DNA of 63,707 bases from Bdellovibrionota bacterium (GCA_041739995.1 JBGSMV010000005.1:1-63707), one strand, 5' to 3'. Shown: positions 18,741-29,367, numbered from the stretch's first letter. The notes: generated by a model from the sequence alone, not told the origin. Made by a program: numbers and translations.

Positions 18741-19340
18741 TTATGACTGCGGACGCTCAGCGCTTCCAAAGATCCGTTGGTACACTCCACGCACACTTGC
18801 CGCAAAGTCTTGGCAATTGTTGGTGATAAAATTGTAGGGTTTTTGTAAGCCCATCCTGGCGATTGCCTTTCTAACCAAAGAGCCGTCGTAACACTCCGCT
18901 TGCCATTCATAAGAGTAATGAGAAAGGTCTTCTTGAAAGAGGCCGTGTTGACCGAAACCTATGTTGTCACCACTGGCGTCGAATTTTATGTGCTCATGCG
19001 AGAACTCTAGGTTGCGGCGATCGAGTGTACCGTTCGACTTGCTGCCAGAGAACCCAGGAATCCAAAATGCCCACGACAATGCTCGTTTGCCGAAGCGTGC
19101 GCACTCGCATAGCGGAAGCCCTGCACCGTTGTCTTGCCTATCGAACCCTGATTCTAACTCCGATCCTGGGAAGCTTTGCGCTGATGGAGAGCTACACCAC
19201 AGGTTCGTGCTGGTGGGCCATTCGAGGGAGGCTTGGGGTGAGGTGCTCCCGAAGAACGAGTGTACCCACGCCTCTCCTTCCGAGCTCTGCATTTGGTGAG
19301 CGCTTGATGGTGACGCGTCAAGATGCTTCAAATTAGTCAT
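18741..19340 (-). CDS. Permuted papain-like (PPPDE/LRAT-like) domain protein
   Basis: HEHI...DNIGFG, then YNFITNNCQDFA; His before Cys. Confidence 0.6.
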   Translation of the reverse strand: MTNLKHLDASPSSAHQMQSSEGEAWVHSFFGSTSPQASLEWPTSTNLWCSSPSAQSFPGSELESGFDRQDNGAGLPLCECARFGKRALSWAFWIPGFSGSKSNGTLDRRNLEFSHEHIKFDASGDNIGFGQHGLFQEDLSHYSYEWQAECYDGSLVRKAIARMGLQKPYNFITNNCQDFAASVRGVYQRIFGSAERPQS

Positions 19341-19509
19341 AAAATCCTCGATGCTTCAGTGCTAGACATTGAAGTAGCGCCTGTTCCTTTGGCGATCATC
19401 GCTGTTGTGATCCGCAGGGGTCTTATCGGAGAATGGCCTCGATAGTTTCCTGGGGGGCTTAGAATTCACTGCCCGGCGCAGAACATTGAGACTGATCAAG
19501 GAGTTGGAT

Positions 19510-20112
19510 ATGCGCGCGTTTGAGCGGCGTGAAGCAAAGATCGTTTCGGGTGAAGGCCCGCAACAACGCATACAGGCAAAGCCGAGCGGATTCGCGTGGG
19601 CCTGGTGCCATTCGATATCTGCAGCGGTGCTTGCAATGCTGTGCCTGTCCGCCTGCACAGAGACCATGCTTCCGCGTCGGCCAGCTCCGCATAGTGGTTC
19701 GTTACAGGAGAGCGCTGAACAAAAAGTGCTTGAGCAGGTGGCGCGACTTGAGGAAACAAGCGAGAGAAATTCATCGAGAATGGAGCAGCTCTTTCGTTTG
19801 ACCAGTGCCCGCCTCTCTATGCTTGAAGCGCTCTCGGCCTACCAGAGTATGGGACTTAAGATTTTAGCGCGTGGCGAGTCTCAGGATCGCGCGGAAGAGC
19901 GCAGACTTTTTTCTGAACTCTCCCGACTTGGAGATATCTCACGCAGGACCAATCAGGATGCAAAACGGGAGATGGAAGCGGTGCTTATGGAAATCCCTCC
20001 CGAAAGTGTGCTTGCGGAGGAAGTGCGCGGATGGCTTGAGAATCTAAACGCCAGTAATAGTTTTTCGAGTGGTGCCCCGTCGTCTGGCGGGCGCGTCCCC
20101 TCCGGTCGGTGA
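19510..20112 (+). CDS. Hypothetical helical lipoprotein
   Basis: Hydrophobic stretch with LSAC lipobox; AAGGAG RBS. Confidence 0.55.
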   Translation: MRAFERREAKIVSGEGPQQRIQAKPSGFAWAWCHSISAAVLAMLCLSACTETMLPRRPAPHSGSLQESAEQKVLEQVARLEETSERNSSRMEQLFRLTSARLSMLEALSAYQSMGLKILARGESQDRAEERRLFSELSRLGDISRRTNQDAKREMEAVLMEIPPESVLAEEVRGWLENLNASNSFSSGAPSSGGRVPSGR

Positions 20113-20155
20113 GATGATCCTCGCTGAGGAAGAGGCTGAAAAGGAGAGAGCAAAA

Positions 20156-22015
20156 ATGTATCTAACGAAGTCAGCCTTCATGCTGGGGCGCACGTGCCCA
20201 ACCAAGCTTTACTATCACGTGCAACGCTATCCCAACGCGAATGCGGGAGATCCTTACTTGGAACTTCTGGCCGAAGGCGGGTTCGTAGTGGGTAAAATTG
20301 CCCAAATGCTTCATCCAGAGGGGGTGCTGGTAGACACATCGAACGGAGTCGAGGCGGCCTATGCTCAGACTCAAACTCTGCTGGAGCAGCCTAAGGTAAC
20401 TATTTTCGAGGCAACCTTTATCTCAAAGGGGAAAGCCGCCTCAATTGATATTCTTCGTAAAGATGGAGAGCGTTTCGAAATCTTCGAGGTCAAGTCGCAG
20501 TCGTTTGATAGTGAAGAAGATCAGCGGGTAAAGGCAGAAGGAAAGCGCGGATTGATTTGGAATGCGAAGGGAACTGCAATCCGTGCGGAATGGACTGACC
20601 GCATAGATGACGTGGCGTTCCAGGTGCTCATTCTCGAAGAATTGTTTCCGAACGCGTCTTTGCGTGCATCTTTGCTTCTGCCAGACAAGTCGAAGCGAGT
20701 GATGATGGAAAATCTCGCCTCTCAGTTTGGCATTGTGCGAGAGGCCGAGAGTAAGTTCGCCAAAGTGACCATTGATTTCTCTGGAAATGTGGAGGAGCTA
20801 CGCCAGAAACACTTTCTTACCGCAGTGCCGGTTGATGACGAAACGAAGTTAGTGTTGCCGGTGGTGAGAGAGGTTAGTCAGCGTTTGTGTGCGAGCCTCT
20901 CGCCCTCTATTGAGAAGATACCAGCGGCGCTTGGAAAACACTGCCGGGATTGTGAGTACCGCTGCGGTGATGCGAAAAGTGCCACGGAGACCGCGCCGCT
21001 GGGGCTTGAAGAGTCGCGAGATGGCTTTAGAGAATGTTGGGGCAGTCTTGCTGATGTGGAACCGCACATTTTTGACTTGTACTTTGGCGGTGCACTTAAG
21101 CGTAAGGGCGCCTTTCTCATTGATGAGTTGATAGCTGAGGGCAAGGCCTCGCTGTTTGATATTCCAGACGAGGCGCTCACCGGAATCCGTGGAGAGCGGC
21201 AGAAACTGCAGATTGAATGCACGCGCTCCGGCAAGGAGTGGATTTCCCCTGAGCTCAAAGACTTTTTGGGCGGAGTAAAGTTCCCGCTATTCTTTATCGA
21301 CTTCGAAACTTGCCGCCTTGCGGTGCCGATGCACCGTGGCTTGCGGCCTTTTGAACAAGTGGCATTTCAGTGGAGTTGCCATGTGGTTGAGAGTCTGGAT
21401 CAACCGCCGAAACATGCAGAGTGGATTAATGTTGAACCGCGCTTCCCTAACTTTGACTTTGCACGAAGCTTGATGGAGCAGATCGGAGATGACGGGACGG
21501 TCTTTGTTTGGGCGCAGCACGAGCAAACGACGCTTAAAGATATCCTAGATCAGATGAAGCGCTTAGAAGTGAAAGACGCATCCCTCGAGAAATGGCTCGA
21601 CTTGATGGTGAATTCTCCAGAGACGCAAGGTCGCATGGTGGATATGAATCGACTTGCGCTGTCGTACTATTTCCACCCCAAAATGCGAGGAAGTACCTCG
21701 CTTAAGTATGTTCTTCCTGCCGTGTGGGAGGCCAGCTCCGAGGTTCGGAAACTCCCGTGGCTTGCGCCCTATGTTAAAGAGCGTGACGGGAAGCTGCTAA
21801 GTCCCTATGAAGTTCTTGCGACCACCAAGATTGGTGACGAGGAAGAATGTGTTCGCGAGGGAACTGCGGCGATGTCTGCCTATCAAGAAATGCTGTTTGG
21901 TGAAGGAGCCCGCGATGCTGCGGTGCAAGCAAGTTGGAGATCGTTACTTTTAAAATATTGCCAGCTTGATACCTTAGCGATGGTGGTGGTCTTCCGACAC
22001 TGGCTGCACGGGTAG
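20156..22015 (+). CDS. DUF2779-domain protein (predicted nuclease)
   Basis: LTKS.F..G..CP.KL, DIL...EVKS, DVAFQ, CRDCEY, FIDFET, FQWSCH, STSLKYVLPA, LLKYCQLDTLAMV. Confidence 0.85.
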   Translation: MYLTKSAFMLGRTCPTKLYYHVQRYPNANAGDPYLELLAEGGFVVGKIAQMLHPEGVLVDTSNGVEAAYAQTQTLLEQPKVTIFEATFISKGKAASIDILRKDGERFEIFEVKSQSFDSEEDQRVKAEGKRGLIWNAKGTAIRAEWTDRIDDVAFQVLILEELFPNASLRASLLLPDKSKRVMMENLASQFGIVREAESKFAKVTIDFSGNVEELRQKHFLTAVPVDDETKLVLPVVREVSQRLCASLSPSIEKIPAALGKHCRDCEYRCGDAKSATETAPLGLEESRDGFRECWGSLADVEPHIFDLYFGGALKRKGAFLIDELIAEGKASLFDIPDEALTGIRGERQKLQIECTRSGKEWISPELKDFLGGVKFPLFFIDFETCRLAVPMHRGLRPFEQVAFQWSCHVVESLDQPPKHAEWINVEPRFPNFDFARSLMEQIGDDGTVFVWAQHEQTTLKDILDQMKRLEVKDASLEKWLDLMVNSPETQGRMVDMNRLALSYYFHPKMRGSTSLKYVLPAVWEASSEVRKLPWLAPYVKERDGKLLSPYEVLATTKIGDEEECVREGTAAMSAYQEMLFGEGARDAAVQASWRSLLLKYCQLDTLAMVVVFRHWLHG

Positions 22016-22446
22016 AGTGGGAGTTGAGCAATAGCCCGTCGTTCGGCTACCCCGGGCTTTCGATGCCAAGATCTGCTAAATTCGAATAGGATTCTCCGCT
22101 TGCTCTTTGTCTCGGAGATAAAAGCCCTAACCAAATAGTAGGCTCATCCGCTAGAGTATCGCAATTATATCGACCAGGCTCTTAGACTCTTCACGCTTTC
22201 TGGTTGATTTTTATTTACGCGGAGACCACAGAGTTGGCGCAGTCGAGTACTAATGCTCCGTTTCGTCTCTGCGATAACGGCCCTACTTAAAAGTTGTTCC
22301 ACTGGACTGCGGGGATGGGTGGTGTCGCCGGGGGTATTCGCCGGATTCCTGTCGATTTCGGAACGGTGACGTTTTACGTATAGTGATCGCCAGGTCTGTC
22401 TGAGGAATATCAGTTCTCAACCTTTTGAATTTTACACGAGGACCGT

Positions 22447-23259
22447 ATGAAATTGAGCTTTTTAATCATGTTATTTTCTCTCGGGGTGCTTGCCATGACC
22501 ACAACTGTTCAGGCCGAAGTAAAGACAGAGGCAATTGTCTATGAGCATCAAGGAGCCAAGTTAGAGGGGTTTCTTGCTTACGATAGCCGTGTAAAGGAAC
22601 GGCGTCCTGGTGTTCTATTGGTGCATGAGTGGTGGGGGCACAACGACTACATAAGGGAGCGTGCTAAGCAGTTTGCGAGTTTAGGCTATGTGGCATTTGC
22701 GGTGGATATGTACGGCGCGGGCAAAGTCACCGCAGATCCAAAGCAAGCCTCGGCGTGGAGTAAGCCTTTCTATGACGATCGTGATTTTTTTAGATCGCGC
22801 TTACAGGCAGGACTCCAGCAACTCACTCAGCAACCTGGAGTAGAAAAGTCCAAAGTTGCAGCGCTTGGGTACTGTTTTGGTGGCACCGCGGCTTTGGAGC
22901 TGGCACGTTCTGGTGCAGACTTGGCATCAGTCATTAGTTTTCATGGAGGCTTAGGGACGCCAAAACCTGCAACAGCGGGAACGATGCGGGCTCAAGTGTT
23001 GGTACTCAACGGCGCCGACGACCCCATGGTAAAGCCAGAGGAGCGTGCGCAGTTCATGGTAGAGATGAGAGCAGCGGGAGTGCAGTGGGAGTTTGTTGAG
23101 TTTGGTGGGGCCGTTCACGCATTCACCAACAAGGCAGCGGATTCGTACGGCATTCCTGGTGTGGCGTTTAATGCGATCGCAGAAAGGCGTTCTTGGGAGC
23201 GGAGCAAGGCGTTTTTAGCAGAGACACTGGAAGGGCAGACTGCCGGTGGTGCCGGGTAG
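22447..23259 (+). CDS. Dienelactone hydrolase family protein, secreted
   Basis: Signal peptide, HEWWG, GYCFGG, SFHG, GADDP, HAFTN. Confidence 0.92.
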   Translation: MKLSFLIMLFSLGVLAMTTTVQAEVKTEAIVYEHQGAKLEGFLAYDSRVKERRPGVLLVHEWWGHNDYIRERAKQFASLGYVAFAVDMYGAGKVTADPKQASAWSKPFYDDRDFFRSRLQAGLQQLTQQPGVEKSKVAALGYCFGGTAALELARSGADLASVISFHGGLGTPKPATAGTMRAQVLVLNGADDPMVKPEERAQFMVEMRAAGVQWEFVEFGGAVHAFTNKAADSYGIPGVAFNAIAERRSWERSKAFLAETLEGQTAGGAG

Positions 23260-23295
23260 TCGCTGCGGTGCGCCCGAAGCTAATTGCCTCTATTC

Positions 23296-23465
23296 TTCTC
23301 CGCGACCTCAGCGTCCCCCGCGTTATGAAATAGTCAGGTGATGCTACCAAGCGCTGATAGCAATTTGCACCAAATCTAGCATTCCGGTGCTACGCGTAGC
23401 TGCAGTGGAGAGAGATTGGGAAAGCCATTTTTAACGCTGAGGTCACGGTGGACACGGAGAGGGAG
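23296..23465 (-). repeat. BIME/REP-like composite repeat (half palindrome - linker - half palindrome)
   Basis: Reverse complement matches CTCTCCGTG.CCACCG....TC.GCGTTAAAA plus the linker seen at 52103 and 54103; lies between convergent genes. Confidence 0.7.
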
Positions 23466-23535
23466 TCTCTCTCGATCTATCAATAACCTGTCTCAGAAGC
23501 ACCTAAGGCAGACACACCTAAGCGGCATCGAATCT

Positions 23536-24087
23536 CTAAACAAGCCCACGATCATAGCCCGCTTCGAGCACGGGAGGCTCAAAGATCGCGTTGAGAAGAA
23601 TCGCACGCAGGAAAGGGGACTCCTGATCCTGTTCGCGTAGATTGGACTCAACCATTGCGACGGCCTCTTTCATTATTTTCGAGAAGTCAGCTTCATTAGT
23701 TACTTTTATATTTGAGGCTTCTACGCCATCGGCAACTTGATCTGAGTGTTGATAGGTTTCGTTAAACTTGTCGGCGTAGTTTTGAACCACTCCCGAAGAG
23801 ACCTTTTCAACAACTTCATTGAACGCGTAGGCGCCAACTGCCAACAGATGCGGTGAAAAACGTGAGAGGTGCTTTTCAATAAAGGCGAGGGCCGGCTCGT
23901 CGCGCGGCGAACTCAGTATGGTCTTTAGGTCTTTCACGAAACGCGCACCCTGCGGGTCTTGTTGCACTTGGCGCTTCAAGAAGTTTTTGATGGCGCTGTT
24001 CACGTTAGGGGCGGCTCGCAGAGCGGCTAACGCATCCTCGGCCGAGTATGAGAAGATAGTGCCTTCAGGTCGATCATTTGTTGTCAT
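23536..24087 (-). CDS. Hypothetical protein
   Basis: 183-aa ORF with GGAG-like upstream sequence; no family recognised. Confidence 0.7.
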   Translation of the reverse strand: MTTNDRPEGTIFSYSAEDALAALRAAPNVNSAIKNFLKRQVQQDPQGARFVKDLKTILSSPRDEPALAFIEKHLSRFSPHLLAVGAYAFNEVVEKVSSGVVQNYADKFNETYQHSDQVADGVEASNIKVTNEADFSKIMKEAVAMVESNLREQDQESPFLRAILLNAIFEPPVLEAGYDRGLV

Positions 24088-24222
24088 TTGGGAGTCTCCG
24101 AAGGCGGCAAGAACAGCACGAATCGAGAGTATTTTCCATACGGTCGAGCATTACTGAAGAACTAAGAGAACTGGCACTGCGACTTGTCAGACTGATGTCG
24201 TTTTCTCTAGACTGTAAGTCTA

Positions 24223-24849
24223 ATGAGCACCCGCGTCGCCCGCACTCTACCGCTTCGTTGCAAAACTCCTGATCGCTGGGCGGCCCTCGCGCTGTCTGAT
24301 CCTGGTCGTTTGTTGAATGACCATGCCCATTTAGAGAAGAAAGCTGCCGCAAATGCGCTTGACCTGCTGCTCATGTGGCCGTCGGGTGACCCGCCAAAGG
24401 GCTGGACTAAGTTCTTGAGCGCGATTGCCAAAGATGAAGTTGGGCATTTGGCCACCGTGCTTCGACTGCTCGAAAAGCGCGGGTTTCCACTGAGTAAGGC
24501 GCACCGATGTCAGTATGCGCATGAACTTCGTGCCTTGGTTCGAAAGGGGCAAGGGCCTGCCGAAGTGGTTGATAGATTGCTTATTTCTTCCTTAATAGAG
24601 GCCCGATCGGCTGAGAGATTTGAGATTCTGGGCCGCTGCGCCGACGATTCTGAGCTTACCAAACTGTATCGAGGCCTTTGGGCATCGGAGCATGGGCATT
24701 ACAGAATATTCTTAGAAACTGCTCGAACTGCGGGCGAGTGCTGTCGTAAGGCAGAAGATGTCGATGCGCGATGGGAGAGACTGCTAGACGCCGAGGCCAA
24801 AATCATTCAAGCACAACCTGCCAAGGCGCTACTGCACGGTTGGGTATAA
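24223..24849 (+). CDS. miaE: tRNA-(ms2io6A37) hydroxylase
   Basis: LNDHAHLEKKAA, DEVGH, DRLL...IEARSAERF, Y..L..SEHGH (diiron ligands). Confidence 0.92.
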   Translation: MSTRVARTLPLRCKTPDRWAALALSDPGRLLNDHAHLEKKAAANALDLLLMWPSGDPPKGWTKFLSAIAKDEVGHLATVLRLLEKRGFPLSKAHRCQYAHELRALVRKGQGPAEVVDRLLISSLIEARSAERFEILGRCADDSELTKLYRGLWASEHGHYRIFLETARTAGECCRKAEDVDARWERLLDAEAKIIQAQPAKALLHGWV

Positions 24850-25394
24850 CGAGCCTCGGGCGGGGGGGCGATCTCCCGAGATAGAGCTTGGTCCGCTCCC
24901 TAATTGCGTGCAGCGTTGGGCTCGTGCGGGCAGATTAGATACACAGTTATTGAACAGAGAGATTCTCTCCAACAGCCTAGGGAACGGCCTCAGAGGCGCC
25001 TGAGTTAGCGAGAATTGAATTCAACAAGCGTTCTGAAAAAAACCGTAACCATTCTAATACCTTTTGACATCTGATGATGTGTAAGCTAAACGACAAGGGT
25101 TAGTGCTCTGAAATTATTGGTCAAAGTCGATTTTAAACGAGCATGAGGGTCGCTCCTCTTGGGATCGTTAGGCGACCGGGGCAATTTTTTCGAATGAGCT
25201 AAGTTCTCTTGTCTGAGAGGGTGTTCAGCCTGAAGCGCAGCTTGTCTTGTGCGTTATCACTTAACACTTTCGAAGTGGGATCTTTGAGTCAGGGCTTAAT
25301 CGAATTCGCGATCTTTACTGGAGTTCGCTGTTCGAGAGAGTGAGTTTCAAAGAGCTATGTTCTTAGAAGGTAATGATTTCGAGGAGATGCGACG

Positions 25395-25706
25395 GTGAAT
25401 AAATCCGAACTTATTGAGCGACTTGCAGAGCGGTCTGGACTCAATGTGATTCAATCGGAAGAGATCGTAAACCTCATCTACAAGAAGATGAAGGACACCA
25501 TGGTCAATGGTGGACGTATCGAGATTCGAGGATTCGGGAGCTTCGTAGTGAAGCAATACCAGTCCTATCAAGGGCGTAACCCAAAGACTGGCGAGAGGAT
25601 TTCTGTACCGCCCAAGAAGCTGCCTTTCTTTAAGGTAGGCAAAGAGCTGAAGGAACGAATCGATCAAGAGAATTCGACCTTTCCTGCGACGCAGCCAGCA
25701 TCCTAA
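25395..25706 (+). CDS. ihfB: Integration host factor beta / HU family protein
   Basis: MNKSELI, RIEIRGFGSF, GRNPKTGE, PFFKVGKELKERI. Confidence 0.88.
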   Translation: MNKSELIERLAERSGLNVIQSEEIVNLIYKKMKDTMVNGGRIEIRGFGSFVVKQYQSYQGRNPKTGERISVPPKKLPFFKVGKELKERIDQENSTFPATQPAS

Positions 25707-26170
25707 TGCGGACCAGATCGTATTTCAGCTGATCGACCGTCGTCTCAGTCAAAAGCCGATCAGTCTTGGAGGAAGCTTCCTTCCGTTCCGCCTGAGGCCC
25801 TTTCTGCGCTGAACGGACGTTGAATTACGGAAAGAGAACCGCGTTATTTATTGAGTTAGCGCCTGTCGATGGAAGGCAATCTTTGAGGTCATTCTTTGAC
25901 CTCATATGGAACAGAGCGTGGCCCTTATGTGCGTTACGTTTTATTCTTGAGGTGGCCCTTTCGAGAGTAGGCGGGGTAAGCCCAAGAGGGGGTCCTTGGC
26001 GCAGATGACTTGAGGCTTCGACCGCATCAGAGTAAATCTATTCTGTCATGCTATTTGAGAATTGTGTCGAAAGTATCTCTTAAGACTGATGTAGAGGCGC
26101 CTCGGGGCGCGAGCCCTTTTGTGGGCTGGGGTGTGGCGGAAGCTGTAGAAATTTTTGGAGATTAGAAAGT

Positions 26171-26557
26171 ATGTCGATTGATTTTTTATTTGAACTTGAG
26201 CGTGTGATTGATGGTGGACGGACCGTGTACGCGTGTCCCGGACCAGGACGTAATCAGTGGGTAACCGGAAAGACGATCGACGAGCTTAAGAAGACCGCAC
26301 AACGTGCAGCTGACACTAAAAAAATGGCGGTCAGTATCGTTCGGCTGATCCCGAAGAATGACGCGGTTACGGGGGACCTCTATCTTGTTCCGACAACTGT
26401 TGGCGATCCAGGTGCTCGTGGAGAGCCAGTAGTTCAGTGGTCGACTGTTGAAACTCGAGAAGCTGCAGATATGATGAAAGATGTCCGTAAGGGACCCTCA
26501 CCATTTTTTGGTATGCAGGTCGAAGAGACAGTCAATCCTTCACCGGGTGTGGCTTAA
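26171..26557 (+). CDS. Hypothetical protein
   Basis: 128-aa ORF with GGAG RBS; no family recognised. Confidence 0.7.
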   Translation: MSIDFLFELERVIDGGRTVYACPGPGRNQWVTGKTIDELKKTAQRAADTKKMAVSIVRLIPKNDAVTGDLYLVPTTVGDPGARGEPVVQWSTVETREAADMMKDVRKGPSPFFGMQVEETVNPSPGVA

Positions 26558-26766
26558 TCTTCTGCTGACTAGGCCTTTTTCAAAGCAATAAAACTTAGTC
26601 GTGCTGAGATTTCGGCTGAGCATTCGTTGGTGAGTTCCTCTCTTGTTTCTATTTTAGGTGAGGCTCGCGAGGGGTTCTCTTGCGCTCGATACTCCTCCTC
26701 GGAAGCGGACTTTTGTGGTGCGCACATTCCCCCATGTATAGTAGGTCGCATAACTTATGCGACCTA

Positions 26767-26908
26767 CTATTGTTCTGAGTGAGGAGTTCGATGAATAATC
26801 CTCGTCGGGCTCGCTGCTCTCTTTGTGAATATATTTAATGATTTACACAATGAGTTCGGCGAGAACAGCGAGAAGAATACTTCAATGAACTTCTGACTCA
26901 GCGCACTA
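26767..26908 (+). mobile_element. MITE-like ~140-bp repeat, copy 1
   Basis: GAGTTCGATGAAT...CTCGCTGCTCTCTTTGTGAAT...CGAGAACAGCGAG...AACTTCTGA core shared with 29368-29507. Confidence 0.75.
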
Positions 26909-27170
26909 TCTCCGCCGAGCGGACGTGAGGCCAAGCAACAAATAGTGTCTAACCTGAAATAAGACAGGAAAGTGGCCGCCCAAGACAGCAGGTCCGCGCC
27001 ATTTACCAAGAAACCAAAAAAAGGAGTCTTAGTGCCAGCTCCGCTTTAAGCTCGCTTAAGCTACGTTATGCACTGTACTTGACAATCTTCCGGTGTATTC
27101 TCTGGCGTGAGCGGGGCCGATCCTAAAGCAGTGCCCTCGCAGTAGTATGCTTGGAAGGCAGTGAAGGCGT

Positions 27171-27485
27171 ATGCAAAGTGATGGTGTTCAGATTGATTCT
27201 GTGGCGGCGATTCCGTGCCAAGTTGATATCGCTGAAGTGATTTCCTCTCGCTATCCATATTCGGCAAATGAACGCCCGCTCTCTTGGGATGAGCGCGTGA
27301 GTGGACATGATGTGGTGTTGACCACCGATGGTCAAACCTTGCGATTAATGAGTGATGGCCAGCAGTCCCCGCCAAATAGGGGCTGGGGCATCGTGCTCAC
27401 CGGGGGTAACCCGAAGAGTGGCTATCAATGGACTTTGTATAGCCTTCCCAAGGGTGCTGCGGTCTCCAGCGGTCCGCGAATTTAA
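27171..27485 (+). CDS. Hypothetical protein
   Basis: 104-aa ORF between two repeat copies; no family recognised. Confidence 0.6.
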   Translation: MQSDGVQIDSVAAIPCQVDIAEVISSRYPYSANERPLSWDERVSGHDVVLTTDGQTLRLMSDGQQSPPNRGWGIVLTGGNPKSGYQWTLYSLPKGAAVSSGPRI

Positions 27486-27622
27486 TGTGCTGAGTCAGAT
27501 TCATCTAGGTATTTTTCTCGCTGTACTCGCTGGGCTCTTTGTATAATTCATTAAACATACTCACAAAGAGAGCAGAGATCGCGGCGAGAATTATTCCTCC
27601 AACTCCTCGCTCGCGATACTGG
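27483..27622 (-). mobile_element. MITE-like ~140-bp repeat, copy 2 (inverted)
   Basis: Reverse complement reads AATAATTCTCGCCGCGATCTCTGCTCTCTTTGTGAG...CAGCGAGTACAGCGAG, matching copies 1 and 3. Confidence 0.75.
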
Positions 27623-27639
27623 TGCGCTTGCGCGCAGCG

Positions 27640-28467
27640 CTAAGCCACTGCGTGCGGGACTACTTCTGCCGGAAAAATTTGCACTACGGGTTGCTCCGCA
27701 AAGATCTTGGTGATGTCCAATCCAAATTGTTGATACAGATCTCTCGGACAAGAAGTGTCTGCCAGGTAGTGCCGACCCACGAGATCTTTGGCGCGAAGTA
27801 GGCCTTGCAACGGACAGGTTAAGGAAAGAGTGGACGAAGCATATAGCGGTATGGTGGTGGCTTGACCTGAATTCGGATCTATTCCCGTAGGCGATTCGAC
27901 ACAGTGCACCGGAGTGGCAGCTTCATTCAGCAGAGAGTTAAGTTTGCAGGCCAGCGACTGCGCGTCGTTTGCTGCCTCTAGGCGTCGCTCAAACATTCCA
28001 TAAAGAGCCATGTGGCAGCTTTCGATGATTTTATCTGGGGCATCTGCGAGGAGGTCTTCAAGTTCAATCACCGGTATCCCTAGGTTCTCTAAGGTGAAGA
28101 CCTGTCGGGCCAGTTCACTAACCTCAGAGGCTTCCGACACAGCTTGGGCAGGAGCTGGACAACCCAGTACTACGACGCCATCAGCGCCCGCAGTAATCAG
28201 ATGCCGCATGGCCGCAAGAGCAACCCAGCCTGCCGGACAGTCAGACGCGAAAGTCACTACTTTTCCTTCGAGTGCGCTTTGTCCAAGCGCAAATCGGGCC
28301 ACCATCGCCATGGAATACGAGCAAGCCTCGACCAGCTGTGTCAGGGAAAGGCCGAACCGCGAGGTGAGGGTGCCCCACATCGACTCAAGTTGCTCAAGCG
28401 TGATCCCCGCCACCAAAGTGCCATCTTTGGTGCGGAAGCTGGTGGGTGCGGAATCGGGGGTATTCAA
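27640..28467 (-). CDS. YjeF N-terminal (NAD(P)HX epimerase-like) domain protein, degenerate motifs
   Basis: Overall YjeF_N pattern (LVE, AAMRHL, PTGIDP.SG, STLSL..P..GL, GRHYLAD) but no GNNGGDG. Confidence 0.7.
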   Translation of the reverse strand: MNTPDSAPTSFRTKDGTLVAGITLEQLESMWGTLTSRFGLSLTQLVEACSYSMAMVARFALGQSALEGKVVTFASDCPAGWVALAAMRHLITAGADGVVVLGCPAPAQAVSEASEVSELARQVFTLENLGIPVIELEDLLADAPDKIIESCHMALYGMFERRLEAANDAQSLACKLNSLLNEAATPVHCVESPTGIDPNSGQATTIPLYASSTLSLTCPLQGLLRAKDLVGRHYLADTSCPRDLYQQFGLDITKIFAEQPVVQIFPAEVVPHAVA

Positions 28468-28646
28468 CTCGAAATATCCTTGGAAAAAGAGCGTCCGCAG
28501 AATGACAGGAAATTCAGTGGGTTATCGCAACAGCAACCTGCCTCCCGCTCGTGACGTGCTCATGCGGTGCAGACTACTTAAATGCCCTCAAGCGTCGCAA
28601 GTGGAATGTCGACTATATAGGCGACTCATGAAGCTAAGTAAGCAAT

Positions 28647-29084
28647 ATGACTAGCTCGGATCACTCATTACTGGCTCCTCAGACTCGCATATTGATTGTG
28701 GATGATAATCCACAATACGCGCGTATTCTCCGCATGATGCTGGAGCGAACGATGGGGTACTCTGACGTACGCACCGTTGAGACCACCGAGGCCGGGCGGG
28801 AGTTGCTAGACGCACAGAACAACGAATTTCAGATTATCTTCGTCGATTTCCACTTTCCAAATGGCAAAACTGGTGGCGCTTTGCTTGAAGAGTTGAAGGC
28901 CAAAGGCAAGCTTGATGGGCTCACTGCGTTTCTGATCACGGCTGAGCCATCGATGGAGAGTATGAAGCAAGCACTCGCAGCGGGAGCGCGCGGAGTGGTT
29001 GCGAAGCCTTTCGATTCTTCTGAGCTTCGGCGCCAGCTTGAGAAGGCAGAGCGCGCCAGAATTATCTTGTCAGACGATTCCTAG
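28647..29084 (+). CDS. Single-domain response regulator (CheY-like)
   Basis: ILIVDD, FVDFHFP, ITAE, AGARGVVAKPF. Confidence 0.9.
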   Translation: MTSSDHSLLAPQTRILIVDDNPQYARILRMMLERTMGYSDVRTVETTEAGRELLDAQNNEFQIIFVDFHFPNGKTGGALLEELKAKGKLDGLTAFLITAEPSMESMKQALAAGARGVVAKPFDSSELRRQLEKAERARIILSDDS

Positions 29085-29367
29085 TAGTTTCATTGCACGC
29101 TTCCTATCCATGGCGCCATTCCATCTGTGGCACCTTCGTCTGCGCTCGAACATCCCGAGATAGTAACTCGCAACACAGGGTAGCATTATACGCTGTCGCG
29201 TCCATGCGCTTGGCTTGGATGGGAGTGAAATATGGGCAGTACGGGACCTCAGCGCGACATACGAGCACCTATACCGCGCGAACACCTTATATTTAGCCGT
29301 TTGACATTAACTGCAACGCCACCGTAGTTTTGCTGCGCTCTCTAAAGTAGGCGAGGGCAAACCTGAG

